NCBI GenBank assembly: GCA_965219455.1
Contig: OZ244744.1
Span: 2,272,001-2,336,000 of the forward strand
DNA length: 64,000 bases
Direction of reading: 5' to 3'
DNA from: Candidatus Latescibacterota bacterium
GTDB lineage: Bacteria; Latescibacterota; UBA2968; GCA-2709665
The notes beneath the pieces are model-generated. The model did no database searches and was not told the DNA's origin. It was given only the letters and a program-made list of their open reading frames with translations. Shown here one piece after another: positions 48,141-58,503 of this stretch; within the stretch, counting starts at the first letter, position 1; each line of letters opens with the position of its first letter. A program made the translations under genes and the position numbers.

Positions 48141-48815
48141 ATGCACGCCTATCAGCAAGATTTCATGGACTTCCTCATTGAGACCCGCGCCCTCCGCTTC
48201 GGCAAATTCACACTAAAGAGCGGCAGAAGGTCGCCCTACTTCCTCAACGCCGGCCAATTCAACACCGGTGCGGAAATCGAGCGGCTCGGCTATTACTACG
48301 CTTGCGCCATTCGTGAGTTCGACGTCGAACCCACACTTGTTTTCGGCCCTGCGTACAAAGGCATCCCCCTGTGCATCGCCGCGGCCATTGCGCTCCGACA
48401 GCGGTTTGACATGGATACGTACTATGGCTTCGACCGGAAAGAGATCAAGGAACATGGCGAGGGGGGTTGGCTGGTAGGCAAGGAACCCGACGGGCTGGAC
48501 CGCGTCGTACTGGTAGACGACGTCGTTACCGACGGCGCCACCAAAATCCAAATGATCGACCGACTTAAGGCAAGGTGCAGCGCCCGGATATCGGGCCTGG
48601 TCATCGCTCTGGACCGCAAAGAAAAAAATACTGACGGCGAAGATGCCGTTGCGGCTCTCCAGATCGCCGCGGGCGTACCCGTCCGATCCATTATCACCAT
48701 CCACGACATCCTCGAATACCTGCCCGGCCGCAGCATCAACGGACGAATCGCCCTCACATCCCACCTGAAACGACAAATCGAAACCTACCTCGACGACCAC
48801 GGGGCCGCCGTGTAG
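48141..48815 (+). CDS. pyrE: Orotate phosphoribosyltransferase
   Basis: FGKFTLKSGRRSPYF, FGPAYKGIP, RKE.K.HGEGG, VDDVVT. Confidence 0.95.
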   Translation: MHAYQQDFMDFLIETRALRFGKFTLKSGRRSPYFLNAGQFNTGAEIERLGYYYACAIREFDVEPTLVFGPAYKGIPLCIAAAIALRQRFDMDTYYGFDRKEIKEHGEGGWLVGKEPDGLDRVVLVDDVVTDGATKIQMIDRLKARCSARISGLVIALDRKEKNTDGEDAVAALQIAAGVPVRSIITIHDILEYLPGRSINGRIALTSHLKRQIETYLDDHGAAV

Positions 48816-48957
48816 ACGAATCGGCCGTAACGCCGTCGATATCGACGATTCTCTTCAAAAACCCCTCGATAGCAGTTGCCAGGTTTATTTTTGAAATCCG
48901 AACGAAAGCCGGCGGTATGGCTTTATTTGGGAACTACATACAATGTTAGCCGGTGAC

Positions 48958-48990
48958 AAACAAAAAAAGGTCCCGATGAGAGGGGCCTTT
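48958..48990 (-). terminator. Intrinsic terminator closing the Fic islet
   Basis: Minus strand AAAGGCCCC-TCTCATC-GGGACCTTTTTTTG. Confidence 0.6.
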
Positions 48991-49052
48991 AATATTTCAG
49001 TTTCAACTGTTACTAGCTTAGGAAGACCTACTGCACAAGAATAAGAACCAGC

Positions 49053-49328
49053 TCAAGACGAGGAATGAGAATCTTTATCCTGAGTCGGTTCGATTCTAGA
49101 AACGACGTTTCGGAAGGTTATGAGAAACCGTTCAACCCTTAAACTAGCGGGATGGTGTGGGTCAGTGTTAGACATCAGTTCAGTCAGACCCGAACACAAA
49201 ACGTCCTAGAATTTTTCCAATTGATTTTGTTCGTCGCCTGCTGAATTGATGGCGAGGATTACAGCCTCGATAATGGATGCCGCGATAATCTGGTCATAGT
49301 AAAGCTCATCATGTTCAAGCGTATTCAT
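49053..49328 (-). pseudogene. Possible small interrupted ORF (internal TAG)
   Basis: MNTLEHDELYYDQIIAAS..EKF*DVLCSG..SSS* in one frame; no recognisable family. Confidence 0.25.
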
Positions 49329-49425
49329 TTACCGTCTTCGTTCGGACGGACCGGCAGATGGGCATCGTGGTTTCAGGGATCGTTGGTAAGAGGCTAATAT
49401 ATAAGGACTTGAAAGAATCGACATT

Positions 49426-50022
49426 TTAATATTCAGAGATTTTCCGTAGAAATGAAGCCACTGGTCGAAGGATATTGCCCTGTCTTTCAGAAAAGCGCCT
49501 ATCAGATTCTTGAGGGGCATTGACGTAATCATCTCGGTGATCTCGGATAAGTTGTGGCAACGAACCTTTTTTGTTTTCTGGAAATCCCTTGTTTTTCATG
49601 CAGATTATATAATAGCAGAGGGCTCTCGCTGTTCGTCCGTTGCCGTTTACAAATGGATGTATCCAGTTCAATCGCCACAAGGCAAGAGCCGCAAGCATTA
49701 TCGCACTCGACGTATCCCAATACGTGTTGAGGACTTCGATCATATCGTCCATGAGACCTTTAACCTTTTCAGGGCGAGGGGGGATGTGATTTCCTACTTC
49801 TACCTCTATAGGTCTGTATTCTCCTGCATTGTCATGCAGGCAGGCAATAGCGTGATGATTTAGTGCACAGATCAATCCCTGGGATACCTCAAACCAATGG
49901 GATTCTAACGCTGCGACGATGATCGAATCCAGAAAATCGTATTGTCTCTCAAGAGAGGAAGCCGATAACTTCCTGTAGATTGGGTGGTGCTCGCTGCGGC
50001 CAACTAAGTCAAAGAGGATCAT
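49426..50022 (-). CDS. Fic/Doc family protein
   Basis: AGEYRPIEVEVG..PP, WIHPFVNGNGRTAR. Confidence 0.9.
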   Translation of the reverse strand: MILFDLVGRSEHHPIYRKLSASSLERQYDFLDSIIVAALESHWFEVSQGLICALNHHAIACLHDNAGEYRPIEVEVGNHIPPRPEKVKGLMDDMIEVLNTYWDTSSAIMLAALALWRLNWIHPFVNGNGRTARALCYYIICMKNKGFPENKKGSLPQLIRDHRDDYVNAPQESDRRFSERQGNILRPVASFLRKISEY

Positions 50023-50024
50023 TA

Positions 50025-50237
50025 TTAATCATTCTCTTCAAGAAGCTCCTTTACATCCTCCATAGACAAGTTCATGCGTGCTGGAAGATTCCCATACACA
50101 AAAGCAATACGCTGCTGCCGCTTTTGTTCCTTAGTGCGATGCAGAGTATAGGTTTCCCCTAAATCAGAATCGGGCACATCGTATTCTTGGGCTTCTCGCA
50201 ATATATCAACGCATTTTATTTCTTTTTTGGCCGTCAT
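50025..50237 (-). CDS. Small putative antitoxin upstream of the Fic gene
   Basis: 70 aa, GGAGG RBS, 2-nt gap to the Fic start. Confidence 0.7.
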   Translation of the reverse strand: MTAKKEIKCVDILREAQEYDVPDSDLGETYTLHRTKEQKRQQRIAFVYGNLPARMNLSMEDVKELLEEND

Positions 50238-50280
50238 CCGTCACCTCCGTCCGAAAAGGTAGATTCTTCCGTGTCGGAAA

Positions 50281-50309
50281 AGTATAGCACAATACGTGAA
50301 AAAATCCAA
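50281..50309 (-). promoter_or_regulatory. Sigma70 promoter of the antitoxin-Fic operon
   Basis: TTGGAT-17-TATACT with extended TG. Confidence 0.65.
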
Positions 50310-50460
50310 GGGTTGTGTGACTGTTTGCTAATTACTGTCGAAAAATAGCATGTTCTTTCATCGCCCCCACAGGCGAAGCCAAAAGCAGTGCCGGAACCAG
50401 CACGACAGCAAGCCGTGACATAAGACCTCCCACATATATATTTCCCCTTTATTTTAATTC

Positions 50461-51651
50461 CTATCCCATCCCACCACAGTACCGAACCGCCGTCATCGCA
50501 TATACCCGCGCCACCCGAACCAATTCGTCTACGGTCACCGACTCGGACAACGTATGCGCTCCCTTTGCATCCGGTCCGTGGGTCAGCGCCGGAATACCGG
50601 CAAGGGCCGCGTAAGTATTGCCATCGTCCACGAACGGCTTTCCTCCAACCGGCAGATCTCTACCCGAAACAGCCGCGTGTGCTACCTGAAACGCGTTGAC
50701 GATGGCGTCTTCGCGCGAGATCCTGAACGCGTCTCCCTGAACCTGGAACTCAACCGTCACCGACGTTCCGGACTCGAGCGCGAGTTCTTCGACCAGCGCG
50801 CGAAACTCCCGTTCGACGACTCCCGTGCGGCCGGGCGTGACCCATCGCCTCGTGCCCCGAACGCTGCACGCCACCGGCGCCTGATTGTAAATCTCGCCCG
50901 ACTCCATGCGCCCCACGAACACCGTATCGCACCCGGAATAGGGGTCGGAAGTCCTCACCAGCGTCCTATTCAGGTTCCGAAGGCGGCACACCAGTTCGGC
51001 GCCGGCTCCCAGTACATCGGGTGTATCCGGCGCCCGAAGAACCTCGTGCACCGGATCCCCTTCCCTGCACAGTGAAATCTCGAAAATGGCCATTCCCCGC
51101 CCGGCCAGAGGCAATCGATCCGCCAGATACTCCGGGAGCATCACAGCGTCGCCCACGCAGCCCGCCGCAATCAGCGCGCGCACCTGGCGCCGATCTCCCC
51201 AGGGACCTTCGTGATGGTCGTGCGCGGTGAGCAGAACACCCCCGCCAGCAAGTGCTCCGGTCTCGCGCAACGCCCGGAGCGCCTCGACCGCCGCCGCGAT
51301 TCCGCCCTTCATATCCGAGGCGCCGGAGCCGTACAGGACGCCTTCTTGCAACCTGGGCGGTACAAAGGGCAGATGCACCGTATCCAGATGGCCGTCGAAC
51401 TGCAAGGTACGTCCCGGCCGACCTGTTTCCAACCGGACCACAACCGCTGGCGCCTCTGGCCAGTCTGCGTCCGGTCGTTCCACCTCGAACCCATCGTCGG
51501 CCAGAATCTCCGCCAGACAATCCGCCACGGCGCCGGCGCTCCGCGTGGGGCTGGGCAACGCGATCAGCGACATCGCCGTTTCTACAAGCCGTTCCCGATT
51601 CACCGCGGATCGAATTTTGTCCAGCCGGCCCGCATCTGACGTGTCGTCCAT
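50461..51651 (-). CDS. M20 (ArgE/DapE-like) metallopeptidase
   Basis: FDGHLDTV, GASDMKGG, HHEG, AHTLSE. Confidence 0.9.
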   Translation of the reverse strand: MDDTSDAGRLDKIRSAVNRERLVETAMSLIALPSPTRSAGAVADCLAEILADDGFEVERPDADWPEAPAVVVRLETGRPGRTLQFDGHLDTVHLPFVPPRLQEGVLYGSGASDMKGGIAAAVEALRALRETGALAGGGVLLTAHDHHEGPWGDRRQVRALIAAGCVGDAVMLPEYLADRLPLAGRGMAIFEISLCREGDPVHEVLRAPDTPDVLGAGAELVCRLRNLNRTLVRTSDPYSGCDTVFVGRMESGEIYNQAPVACSVRGTRRWVTPGRTGVVEREFRALVEELALESGTSVTVEFQVQGDAFRISREDAIVNAFQVAHAAVSGRDLPVGGKPFVDDGNTYAALAGIPALTHGPDAKGAHTLSESVTVDELVRVARVYAMTAVRYCGGMG

Positions 51652-51905
51652 GAAACCCTCCGCGGCGCAACGCGTTTGCGACTCGAACTGCGTACGGAAA
51701 ACGGATATTCAGTGATGGAGAAAAGGGAAAGTGGTTGCGTAGTACGCTGCAAATGTAGTATAAATATACCTGGCCGGCGGCGTGTCGCCGGGAGGGCGAC
51801 GAACAATATAGATCAACTCCGGCGCACTTCAAGTACACAAACGAGTGCCGCCCGGGGGACCGGAGGTCGGCTTCACGTATCACCCATCTGAGGAGACAAG
51901 GCAAA

Positions 51906-53072
51906 ATGACGCAGGGCAGTCGTGTCGACCCCCTCGCGATTACGCTCGGGGTCGAAGAAGAGTTCTTCCTTATCGATCCGGGTACGCGCGATCTTCTACC
52001 GGATCCGGACCGCCGGATTTTCGAGGACTGCGAGAAAAACCGCGGTCCTCACAAGGTCGTGGCCGAGTTCCTCCGATCTCAGATAGAAACCACGACCAGA
52101 GTTTGCCAATCCGTAGCGGAGGTGCGCGAAGCCCTGGTAGAGACCCGACGCTTCGTCATCAATGCGGCGGTAGATCACGGGGCCGCGGTGCTGGCCGCGT
52201 CCATACATCCCTTTGCAGCCTGGCACAACCAGGTCGTGACCGCCGGACGCCGATACGAGCAATTCGCAATGACCTATCAACAGGCGGTTCGGCAACTTCT
52301 CGTCGGCGGGATGCACATCCATGCGGGATTCGGCGACCCGGACAGCCGCGTGAGGGTGATGACGGCACTGCGGCAGCACCTTCCGTTGCTCCATGCGCTT
52401 TCGGCCTCATCCCCGTTCAGCAGCGGTCGGGAAACGGGTTTCAAGTCCTACAGGATCATCCTCTTCAGCAGTATGCCGCGCACGGGCCTTCCCGGTCCGC
52501 TGCGCAACTGGGATGAATTCGACCGCCTGGTGGCCGACTACCAGCGTATGCAATTCATACAGGACAGCACCGAACTGTGGTGGCACATCCGTCCATCGCT
52601 CGCCTATCCGACGGTGGAATTGCGCATCTGCGACATCTGCCACACCATAGACGAAGCGATTTGCGTCGTGGCTCTCTATGCTTCGCTGGTGCGGCGCCTG
52701 CTGCGCCAGGATATGGAGGGCAGGCTTCCGCCGGAACCGCCCACCGAGTTGATCGCCGAGAACTGCTGGCTCGCGCAGCGATACGGCGTCCTCGCCTTCC
52801 TGGGCAATACCGGCGGAGAAGGACGCATGGATATCGACGAACTCGCGCACTCGCTTGTGGAAGAACTTGCCGACGATGCACGGGCCCTGGGTTGCGAGGC
52901 GGAACTGCGCCATGCCCTGGACGTTATACGATACGGTACCGGCGCGGACCGGCAGATCGATCATTTCCGCTTACGCCGCCTGGAAGGCGATTCGGAACCG
53001 GAAGCCTTGCGGGAGGTGGTGGACTTGGTGGTCGAGGACACCCGGCGCGGGGTCGACGGGCTGTCCGGGTGA
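51906..53072 (+). CDS. Carboxylate-amine ligase (YbdK/GCS2 family)
   Basis: TLGVEEE, GMHIHAG, SASSPF, WWHIRP, TVELRICD. Confidence 0.93.
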   Translation: MTQGSRVDPLAITLGVEEEFFLIDPGTRDLLPDPDRRIFEDCEKNRGPHKVVAEFLRSQIETTTRVCQSVAEVREALVETRRFVINAAVDHGAAVLAASIHPFAAWHNQVVTAGRRYEQFAMTYQQAVRQLLVGGMHIHAGFGDPDSRVRVMTALRQHLPLLHALSASSPFSSGRETGFKSYRIILFSSMPRTGLPGPLRNWDEFDRLVADYQRMQFIQDSTELWWHIRPSLAYPTVELRICDICHTIDEAICVVALYASLVRRLLRQDMEGRLPPEPPTELIAENCWLAQRYGVLAFLGNTGGEGRMDIDELAHSLVEELADDARALGCEAELRHALDVIRYGTGADRQIDHFRLRRLEGDSEPEALREVVDLVVEDTRRGVDGLSG

Positions 53073-53152
53073 TTGGGGCCGGACCAGCCAACGTATCCGA
53101 TCGCTCCGGGATAGTGTTCTACGACACAGGATACAGGAGGATCGCAGCAAAC

Positions 53153-54235
53153 GTGACGAACTGTGCCACATTAACACTGAGAACGGGCGAGCCGCTCGTC
53201 ATCAGCGAGATCGAGCCGCCCCTCGGACGCTATGCCGGCAACGTGGGATGCTGGTGGGATGCGGTGGACGAGGATCTTCTCGCCGGCGCCCTTGCGCCCT
53301 GGCTTCATTGCCCTTACTACATCGGCGAGATAGACGGGGAAGTTGCCGGGTACATGACCTGCCTTACATCGGTGCGGAATCCCGAGGTAGGCCTCCTGGA
53401 GTTCGTGAGCACCGCGAACGAACACCGGCGCAAAGGCGTGGGAACGGCGCTGCTGCGGCAACTGATCGCCCGCTTCGAAGCCAACGGCGGACTGGCCCTG
53501 TACCTGTGCACCACGAATCCGGTGGCCGGGCAGCTGTACGAAAACTGCGGGTTCGACTACGCCGTCGGCGACGGTATGCGGTACCTCTCGGCCACGGCAG
53601 GTGACTTCGATGCCCGGTATCTGGCGCGCGAGGGCGAGGCGATTGCGCGTGAGGCCCACTGGGGAGACCTGCCGGGCGCCACTGTCCTCTTCTGCCACCC
53701 GCAGCCGGCGTGGGAGATCAAGGAATACCTGAGCCAGTGTTTCCGCGACACCCGTTTCGAGGGCCATTACGTGAAGCTGATGCGCCGCGTCGAGGAGGAC
53801 CGCGGCGTCATCATGGTGCTGGAGAACCGGCGGCAACGGGTGGTGGGCTGTGCCATCGTCGAACGCCTGCCCACGTTTCAACAGCAGCACGTCGCACAGT
53901 TGAGCTTCCGTGTCGCCCCGGAATACAACGACCAGACCGTCGCGTTGCTCGACGCCGCCGCCGCCCGCGCTCACGCAATCGGCATTTCGGTTCTGCAGAC
54001 GTACGTCTCGGACGGAGACCAGGACGCCGGAAGGAGGCTGGCGGAGGCCGGGTTCGAATGCGAGGCGGTCCTGCCCCGTCGCCTGCGAACCGGCGGCGGG
54101 CTGACCGGGGTCGCCGTGTACGGCAGGTATCTCGGCAACGCCAGTCCGTGGCGTCCCCTGAAGGCGTATTACGGAGAGAGGAAACCCTGGCAGGAACAAA
54201 GGGTCCGCGCCAGGGAGAGAGACGGAACTTCATAA
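53153..54235 (+). CDS. GNAT acetyltransferase, probably tandem domains
   Basis: AGGAGG + GTG at 53153; HRRKGVG motif A, LYENCGF; second degenerate GNAT ending LAEAGF. Confidence 0.8.
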   Translation: MTNCATLTLRTGEPLVISEIEPPLGRYAGNVGCWWDAVDEDLLAGALAPWLHCPYYIGEIDGEVAGYMTCLTSVRNPEVGLLEFVSTANEHRRKGVGTALLRQLIARFEANGGLALYLCTTNPVAGQLYENCGFDYAVGDGMRYLSATAGDFDARYLAREGEAIAREAHWGDLPGATVLFCHPQPAWEIKEYLSQCFRDTRFEGHYVKLMRRVEEDRGVIMVLENRRQRVVGCAIVERLPTFQQQHVAQLSFRVAPEYNDQTVALLDAAAARAHAIGISVLQTYVSDGDQDAGRRLAEAGFECEAVLPRRLRTGGGLTGVAVYGRYLGNASPWRPLKAYYGERKPWQEQRVRARERDGTS

Positions 54236-54303
54236 TTCAGCCGATTCCGCCGGACGCTCACGTGGGCCGGCGGCGTGATGCAGAATGAGAAAGGTAAAAG
54301 GAA

Positions 54304-55116
54304 TTGTCTTACCAGGAAGTGATAACCCAACTCAAGGCGCAGGTCCAGCATATCGCCCACCAGCTCACCGATGCCGCGCCCCGGATCGCCGGCGCCCTGG
54401 CCCTGGCGTTACTGGGTCTGGCGCTGGCTTTCCTGATCCGCGCCCTGAGCCGCAGGTTGATCGCCCGGCTGGACCGGTTGGTTCCGCGCCTCAGGCTGCA
54501 CAGAGGGCGAGGGGCGGAATTCCGGACCGCCGCCGGCTGGGCCGTCGGCCGTGTGCTCTTCTGGCTGGTTCTGCTCTTTTTTCTTACCGTGGCCACCGAA
54601 ATACTGGGGCTGCCGGTGGTGTCCGTATGGCTCAACGGCATCGTCGTCTATCTGCCGCGGTTCCTCGCGGCCGTCCTGATCCTGTTCGCCGGCCTGGTGG
54701 GCGGTCAGTTTCTCAGGGATGTCATCATGTCCACGGGGATTGCCTACGCGACGGCACTGGCGCGCCTGGGTCAGATGTCGGTGGTGGTCGCGAGTACCCT
54801 GATCGCCGTGAACCAGGCGGGTCTGAACGTCGACCTGCTGACCAGCGGACTGCTTCTGGTCTTCGGTATCGGCCTTCTGGGCAGCACCCTGACCTTTGCT
54901 CTGGGCGCCCGTACCACCGTGGCCAATATACTGGCCTCGTACTACCTGCAGAAAACCTACAGGGTGGGTCACCGGGTCCGCGTTGGGAACTACCAGGGAG
55001 AGATCGTCCAGATCACCGCCACCGTTGTTGTTCTGGATGCCGAGCAGGGGCGAATCTCGGTGCCCGCGTCGGTCTTTGCCGAACAGGCGTCGATACTGCT
55101 CGTAGAAAGGAATTGA
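54304..55116 (+). CDS. Small mechanosensitive channel-like (MscS/CmpX-type) membrane protein
   Basis: YLPRFLAAVLIL TM repeats; VANILAS..YRVGHRV..GEIVQI..VP. Confidence 0.8.
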   Translation: MSYQEVITQLKAQVQHIAHQLTDAAPRIAGALALALLGLALAFLIRALSRRLIARLDRLVPRLRLHRGRGAEFRTAAGWAVGRVLFWLVLLFFLTVATEILGLPVVSVWLNGIVVYLPRFLAAVLILFAGLVGGQFLRDVIMSTGIAYATALARLGQMSVVVASTLIAVNQAGLNVDLLTSGLLLVFGIGLLGSTLTFALGARTTVANILASYYLQKTYRVGHRVRVGNYQGEIVQITATVVVLDAEQGRISVPASVFAEQASILLVERN

Positions 55117-55120
55117 AACG

Positions 55121-55969
55121 ATGGACAGGGCATCGAATCTGATCGATCGCTTTGTACGCGGCCACGCCGCGGAAGCTGCCCGCGTGTTGGAAAATTGCTC
55201 GCTGGACGATCTGGTGCCCTTCTTCTCCCGGACCCCGCCCGAACTGGCTACCGCCCTTTTCAACACCATGGAATCGAGCACTGCCGTGGCCTGTCTGGAA
55301 CGTCTGCCTGCCGCGAATGCCGCGAGCGCCCTGGGTGGGTTGTCGGCGGATCGCGCCGCCCACCTCGTTCGCCGGCTGAAGTCGGAGACGAGAGCGGCGA
55401 TCCTGAACGCGTTGCCCGATGATCTCACCAGGCACCTGAATCGCCTGTTGCGTTACCGCGAGGAAACGGCCGGAGCATTGATGGAGTCGCTGGTCTTCAC
55501 CGTCCCACCCGAAATTTCCGCCGGGGAGGCGCTGGCCAGATTACAGGCCAATCAGGCCCGCGTCCTGTATTACGTGTACGTAGTGAAGCGCGATCAGACA
55601 CTGGCCGGCGTTCTCAGTCTCCGGGAACTGCTGGCTGCCGATGACGGAATATCCGTAGCCGCGCTCATGCGTCAGGACGTGATGTTTCTGCGAACGGACG
55701 ATTCGCTGGTCTCGGCGCTCGTCCATCCCTCGTGGATGGATTTCCACGCCCTGCCCGTACTCGACGAACAGGATCTGTTCGCCGGGGCGCTACGCCACAA
55801 GAGCCTCCGTCAACTGGCGGGGGGCACGGACCGACTGGTACAGCCCGGGCAGGCAGGGTCGGCGCTGGGAGAGTTATATCGCATCGGGCTATCGTCTCTG
55901 GCGAAAAGCGTCCTTGGGTCGGACAATCTCCAACCGCCCAATGCCGGTCATCCCGGTCGCCAGCTTTGA
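55121..55969 (+). CDS. MgtE N-domain + CBS pair protein (no membrane domain)
   Basis: YREETAGALM, YYVYVV..LAGVLSLRELL, ALPVLD. Confidence 0.82.
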   Translation: MDRASNLIDRFVRGHAAEAARVLENCSLDDLVPFFSRTPPELATALFNTMESSTAVACLERLPAANAASALGGLSADRAAHLVRRLKSETRAAILNALPDDLTRHLNRLLRYREETAGALMESLVFTVPPEISAGEALARLQANQARVLYYVYVVKRDQTLAGVLSLRELLAADDGISVAALMRQDVMFLRTDDSLVSALVHPSWMDFHALPVLDEQDLFAGALRHKSLRQLAGGTDRLVQPGQAGSALGELYRIGLSSLAKSVLGSDNLQPPNAGHPGRQL

Positions 55970-56073
55970 TTGCATAAACGAACCGCAAGTGCCGTCACTG
56001 GGATTCCCGTTGACCGGTCACCGGTACAGTGGGGACCGTAGCAGGTGAGTACTCATCCGGCAAGGAGTCAGGA

Positions 56074-57393
56074 ATGACTGAAAACACGAAGGCCTCGCAG
56101 GCCCTGATCCGGGCCTTTTTTCGGCTCCATCCGGGTGAGGCCGCCCGTGCGCTGGCCCAGACCCCCGTGCCCGAGGCGCTTGAACTGCTTGAAGCCCAGG
56201 CCGGCGACCGGGGCGCGCAGGTCTTTGAGCGGCTGGATCCGGATCGGGCGGTCTTGCTTGTCGAGAACATGGAAGGGGCCCTGTTCCGGCGACTATGGGC
56301 GGCTATGGACGAAGGCGTCGCGGCCTCGCTCCTCGCCCGGCTGTCGCCGGATAGCCGCTCCGAGCGCCTGGACGCCCTGCCCGCCGGACTGGCTGCTGAA
56401 ATGAAGGAACTGATGAGCTATCCGGCCGGATCGGCCGGTCAGATCATGGATGGCTCGGTGACCGTTTTCAGCGCCGAGGAAACCGCGGAGGACGCGCTCA
56501 CCCGCATCCGCTCGTTTCCGGAACGGCGCCTCCTCGAACTGTGCGTCGTGGACGATGACGGGAAGCTGACCGCGGTACTTCCGTTACAGGAGGTCGCCGT
56601 GGCACAGCCCGGAGACCGCCTTGGACAACTGGCGCAGGACCCACCCGTGTGCGTGCAGGCCATGTCATCGAGAGAAGAAGTGGTAGCGCTTCTTGAAGCC
56701 CACAAATTGGCCTCGCTGCCCGTTATCGGTGGCGTCGAGGGCCGGCTTTGCGGAATCATCCGCCATGATGCCCTGGTGGTGGCCGCCAGGCATGAGGCAA
56801 GCGGGAATGTGCAGACCATGGTTGGCGCCGGCAGGGAGGAACGCGCCCTTTCGGGTCCCGTGCTGGCCGTGCGCAACCGGCTGCCCTGGCTACAGGTCAA
56901 TCTGGCCACCGCTTTTCTGGCGGCCGCGGCTGTCGCCCTGTTCGAAGACACCATCGCCAGGTTCACCGCCCTGGCCATATTTCTGCCCGTGGTCGCCGGA
57001 CAGGCGGGCAATACCGGCGCCCAGGCCCTGGCCGTCACGTCCCGCGGCCTGGCCCTGCGCGAGTTCAGGCCGCGACGCTGGTTTCGCGTTGCCCGCAAGG
57101 AACTGCTGGCGGGATTTGTCAACGGGCTGGCCGTGGCGCTGATCGCGTCTCTGGCGGCGTACCTGTGGTCCGGAACGATTGGTCTTCCCCTTGTACTGGC
57201 CGTATCCATGGTGTTTTCCATGTCCATGGCCAGTCTCACAGGGGCGCTCATTCCAATTGTTCTCACGACTTTGGGCAAGGATCCCGCCCAGTCGGCGTCA
57301 ATTTTCCTGACCACCGTAACCGACGTCGTCGGGTTCATCAGTTTTCTGGGGTTGGCCACCCTGGTGGCCGGATCTTTCGGCCTGGCCCTCTAG
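56074..57393 (+). CDS. mgtE: Magnesium transporter MgtE
   Basis: YPAGSAGQIM, CBS pair, RLPWL, GNTGAQ, DPA, TTVTDVVG. Confidence 0.92.
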   Translation: MTENTKASQALIRAFFRLHPGEAARALAQTPVPEALELLEAQAGDRGAQVFERLDPDRAVLLVENMEGALFRRLWAAMDEGVAASLLARLSPDSRSERLDALPAGLAAEMKELMSYPAGSAGQIMDGSVTVFSAEETAEDALTRIRSFPERRLLELCVVDDDGKLTAVLPLQEVAVAQPGDRLGQLAQDPPVCVQAMSSREEVVALLEAHKLASLPVIGGVEGRLCGIIRHDALVVAARHEASGNVQTMVGAGREERALSGPVLAVRNRLPWLQVNLATAFLAAAAVALFEDTIARFTALAIFLPVVAGQAGNTGAQALAVTSRGLALREFRPRRWFRVARKELLAGFVNGLAVALIASLAAYLWSGTIGLPLVLAVSMVFSMSMASLTGALIPIVLTTLGKDPAQSASIFLTTVTDVVGFISFLGLATLVAGSFGLAL

Positions 57394-57556
57394 CAGCCCG
57401 TTGAAAAAGTCCATCCGGGCTACGTCCGGCCCTTGTGGCCGAATTACTGCGTTGCACTCCCTTTCCGAATCCCCCGATTCGACGCGGTCGCGCGCCTTGT
57501 CTTCGGCCACAATGATTCGGCCTCGCCTGCAGAGCGACTTTATCAACGGACTGATA
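57391..57556. mobile_element. MITE-like ~165-bp element (copy 2, inverted)
   Basis: TAGCAGCCCGTTGAAAAAG ... TTTATCAACGGACTGATA; its first TAG is the mgtE stop. Confidence 0.85.
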
Positions 57557-57578
57557 GCAGCGTACCACGGGAGATCCG

Positions 57579-58355
57579 TTAATTCCCACCCACCGTGCCT
57601 GACTTTGTCATCCTGATCAATTCGATGATATCGTCGGTTATATCCATCACGTGGACGCCAGCCGGAACGACAAACTCGAACTGATTGTCGTCCACCTTGG
57701 GATTTATTTTCAACGATTCAAATTGCCGCGAAAGCAGTTCCCTGCCCTCAGCGTTATAGTACCTCACCTCCCGCAGCAGGCCATCCTCCGGGTGAACCGA
57801 GAAACGAACCTTGGCAGGCGGCTCCGGGAGGTCGGCATAAAGCAGCGAAACCTCCGGCACCGCTTCAAACACTCGAAGGATCTCACCCTTCAACGTGTCC
57901 GTCTCCGAATAACGGATCGACTTCCATTGAAGCGCGCGGAAGGGACGCGTGGGATTCGGCTGGTCCGCGTCTGCCTCTACCTGCGTCGCCCGATAAACCC
58001 TTGACTTGTTGATTCGGTAGACGATCTTCTCCTCGGGGTCGTAACGCCACAACAGGCTGCCATCCGACACAATCGTCTGATGGATCCGGCCGGCAAGCAC
58101 ACGCGCCACGTGCATCCTGGCCGGCGCATGTATGGTGATATCGTCCAGAATCTCATATTGCTCGCCTTCCACCGTCAACAGGGTTCTGACTCGGGTTTCG
58201 CAGGTCTTGACCGGCTTCAGCTTTTCCTGAATTGCGACCATCAGACCATCGGTCTTGGAATCGCCGGTTGACATCTTGTCCGCGCTCGCCCGCCCTCCAA
58301 TTGCCACTGTGCACAGCGCAAAGCAAACCGTCAGCGTCGTCCGAACCGTAAACAT
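57579..58355 (-). CDS. LolA-like outer-membrane lipoprotein carrier family protein
   Basis: Signal peptide; IVSDGSLLWRYDPEEK; INPKVDDNQFEFVVPAG. Confidence 0.75.
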   Translation of the reverse strand: MFTVRTTLTVCFALCTVAIGGRASADKMSTGDSKTDGLMVAIQEKLKPVKTCETRVRTLLTVEGEQYEILDDITIHAPARMHVARVLAGRIHQTIVSDGSLLWRYDPEEKIVYRINKSRVYRATQVEADADQPNPTRPFRALQWKSIRYSETDTLKGEILRVFEAVPEVSLLYADLPEPPAKVRFSVHPEDGLLREVRYYNAEGRELLSRQFESLKINPKVDDNQFEFVVPAGVHVMDITDDIIELIRMTKSGTVGGN

Positions 58356-58503
58356 GCCGGACCTCCTTTCATGGGCGACAGGTTGAAAACACCTGCTTCA
58401 CAGAAACCGGATTCCCTCTCCACGCCGAACTTCCCGCCGGACCGTAAATCCATCGTGATTGCACCGCAGACGCCCCGCCCTCACGTCCATCGTCGTATGC
58501 CCA

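Noticed and set aside
52577-53152. 192-aa N-terminal extension of the GNAT ORF
   Set aside because: Overlaps the GCS2 ligase gene; a good RBS and GTG exist at 53153.
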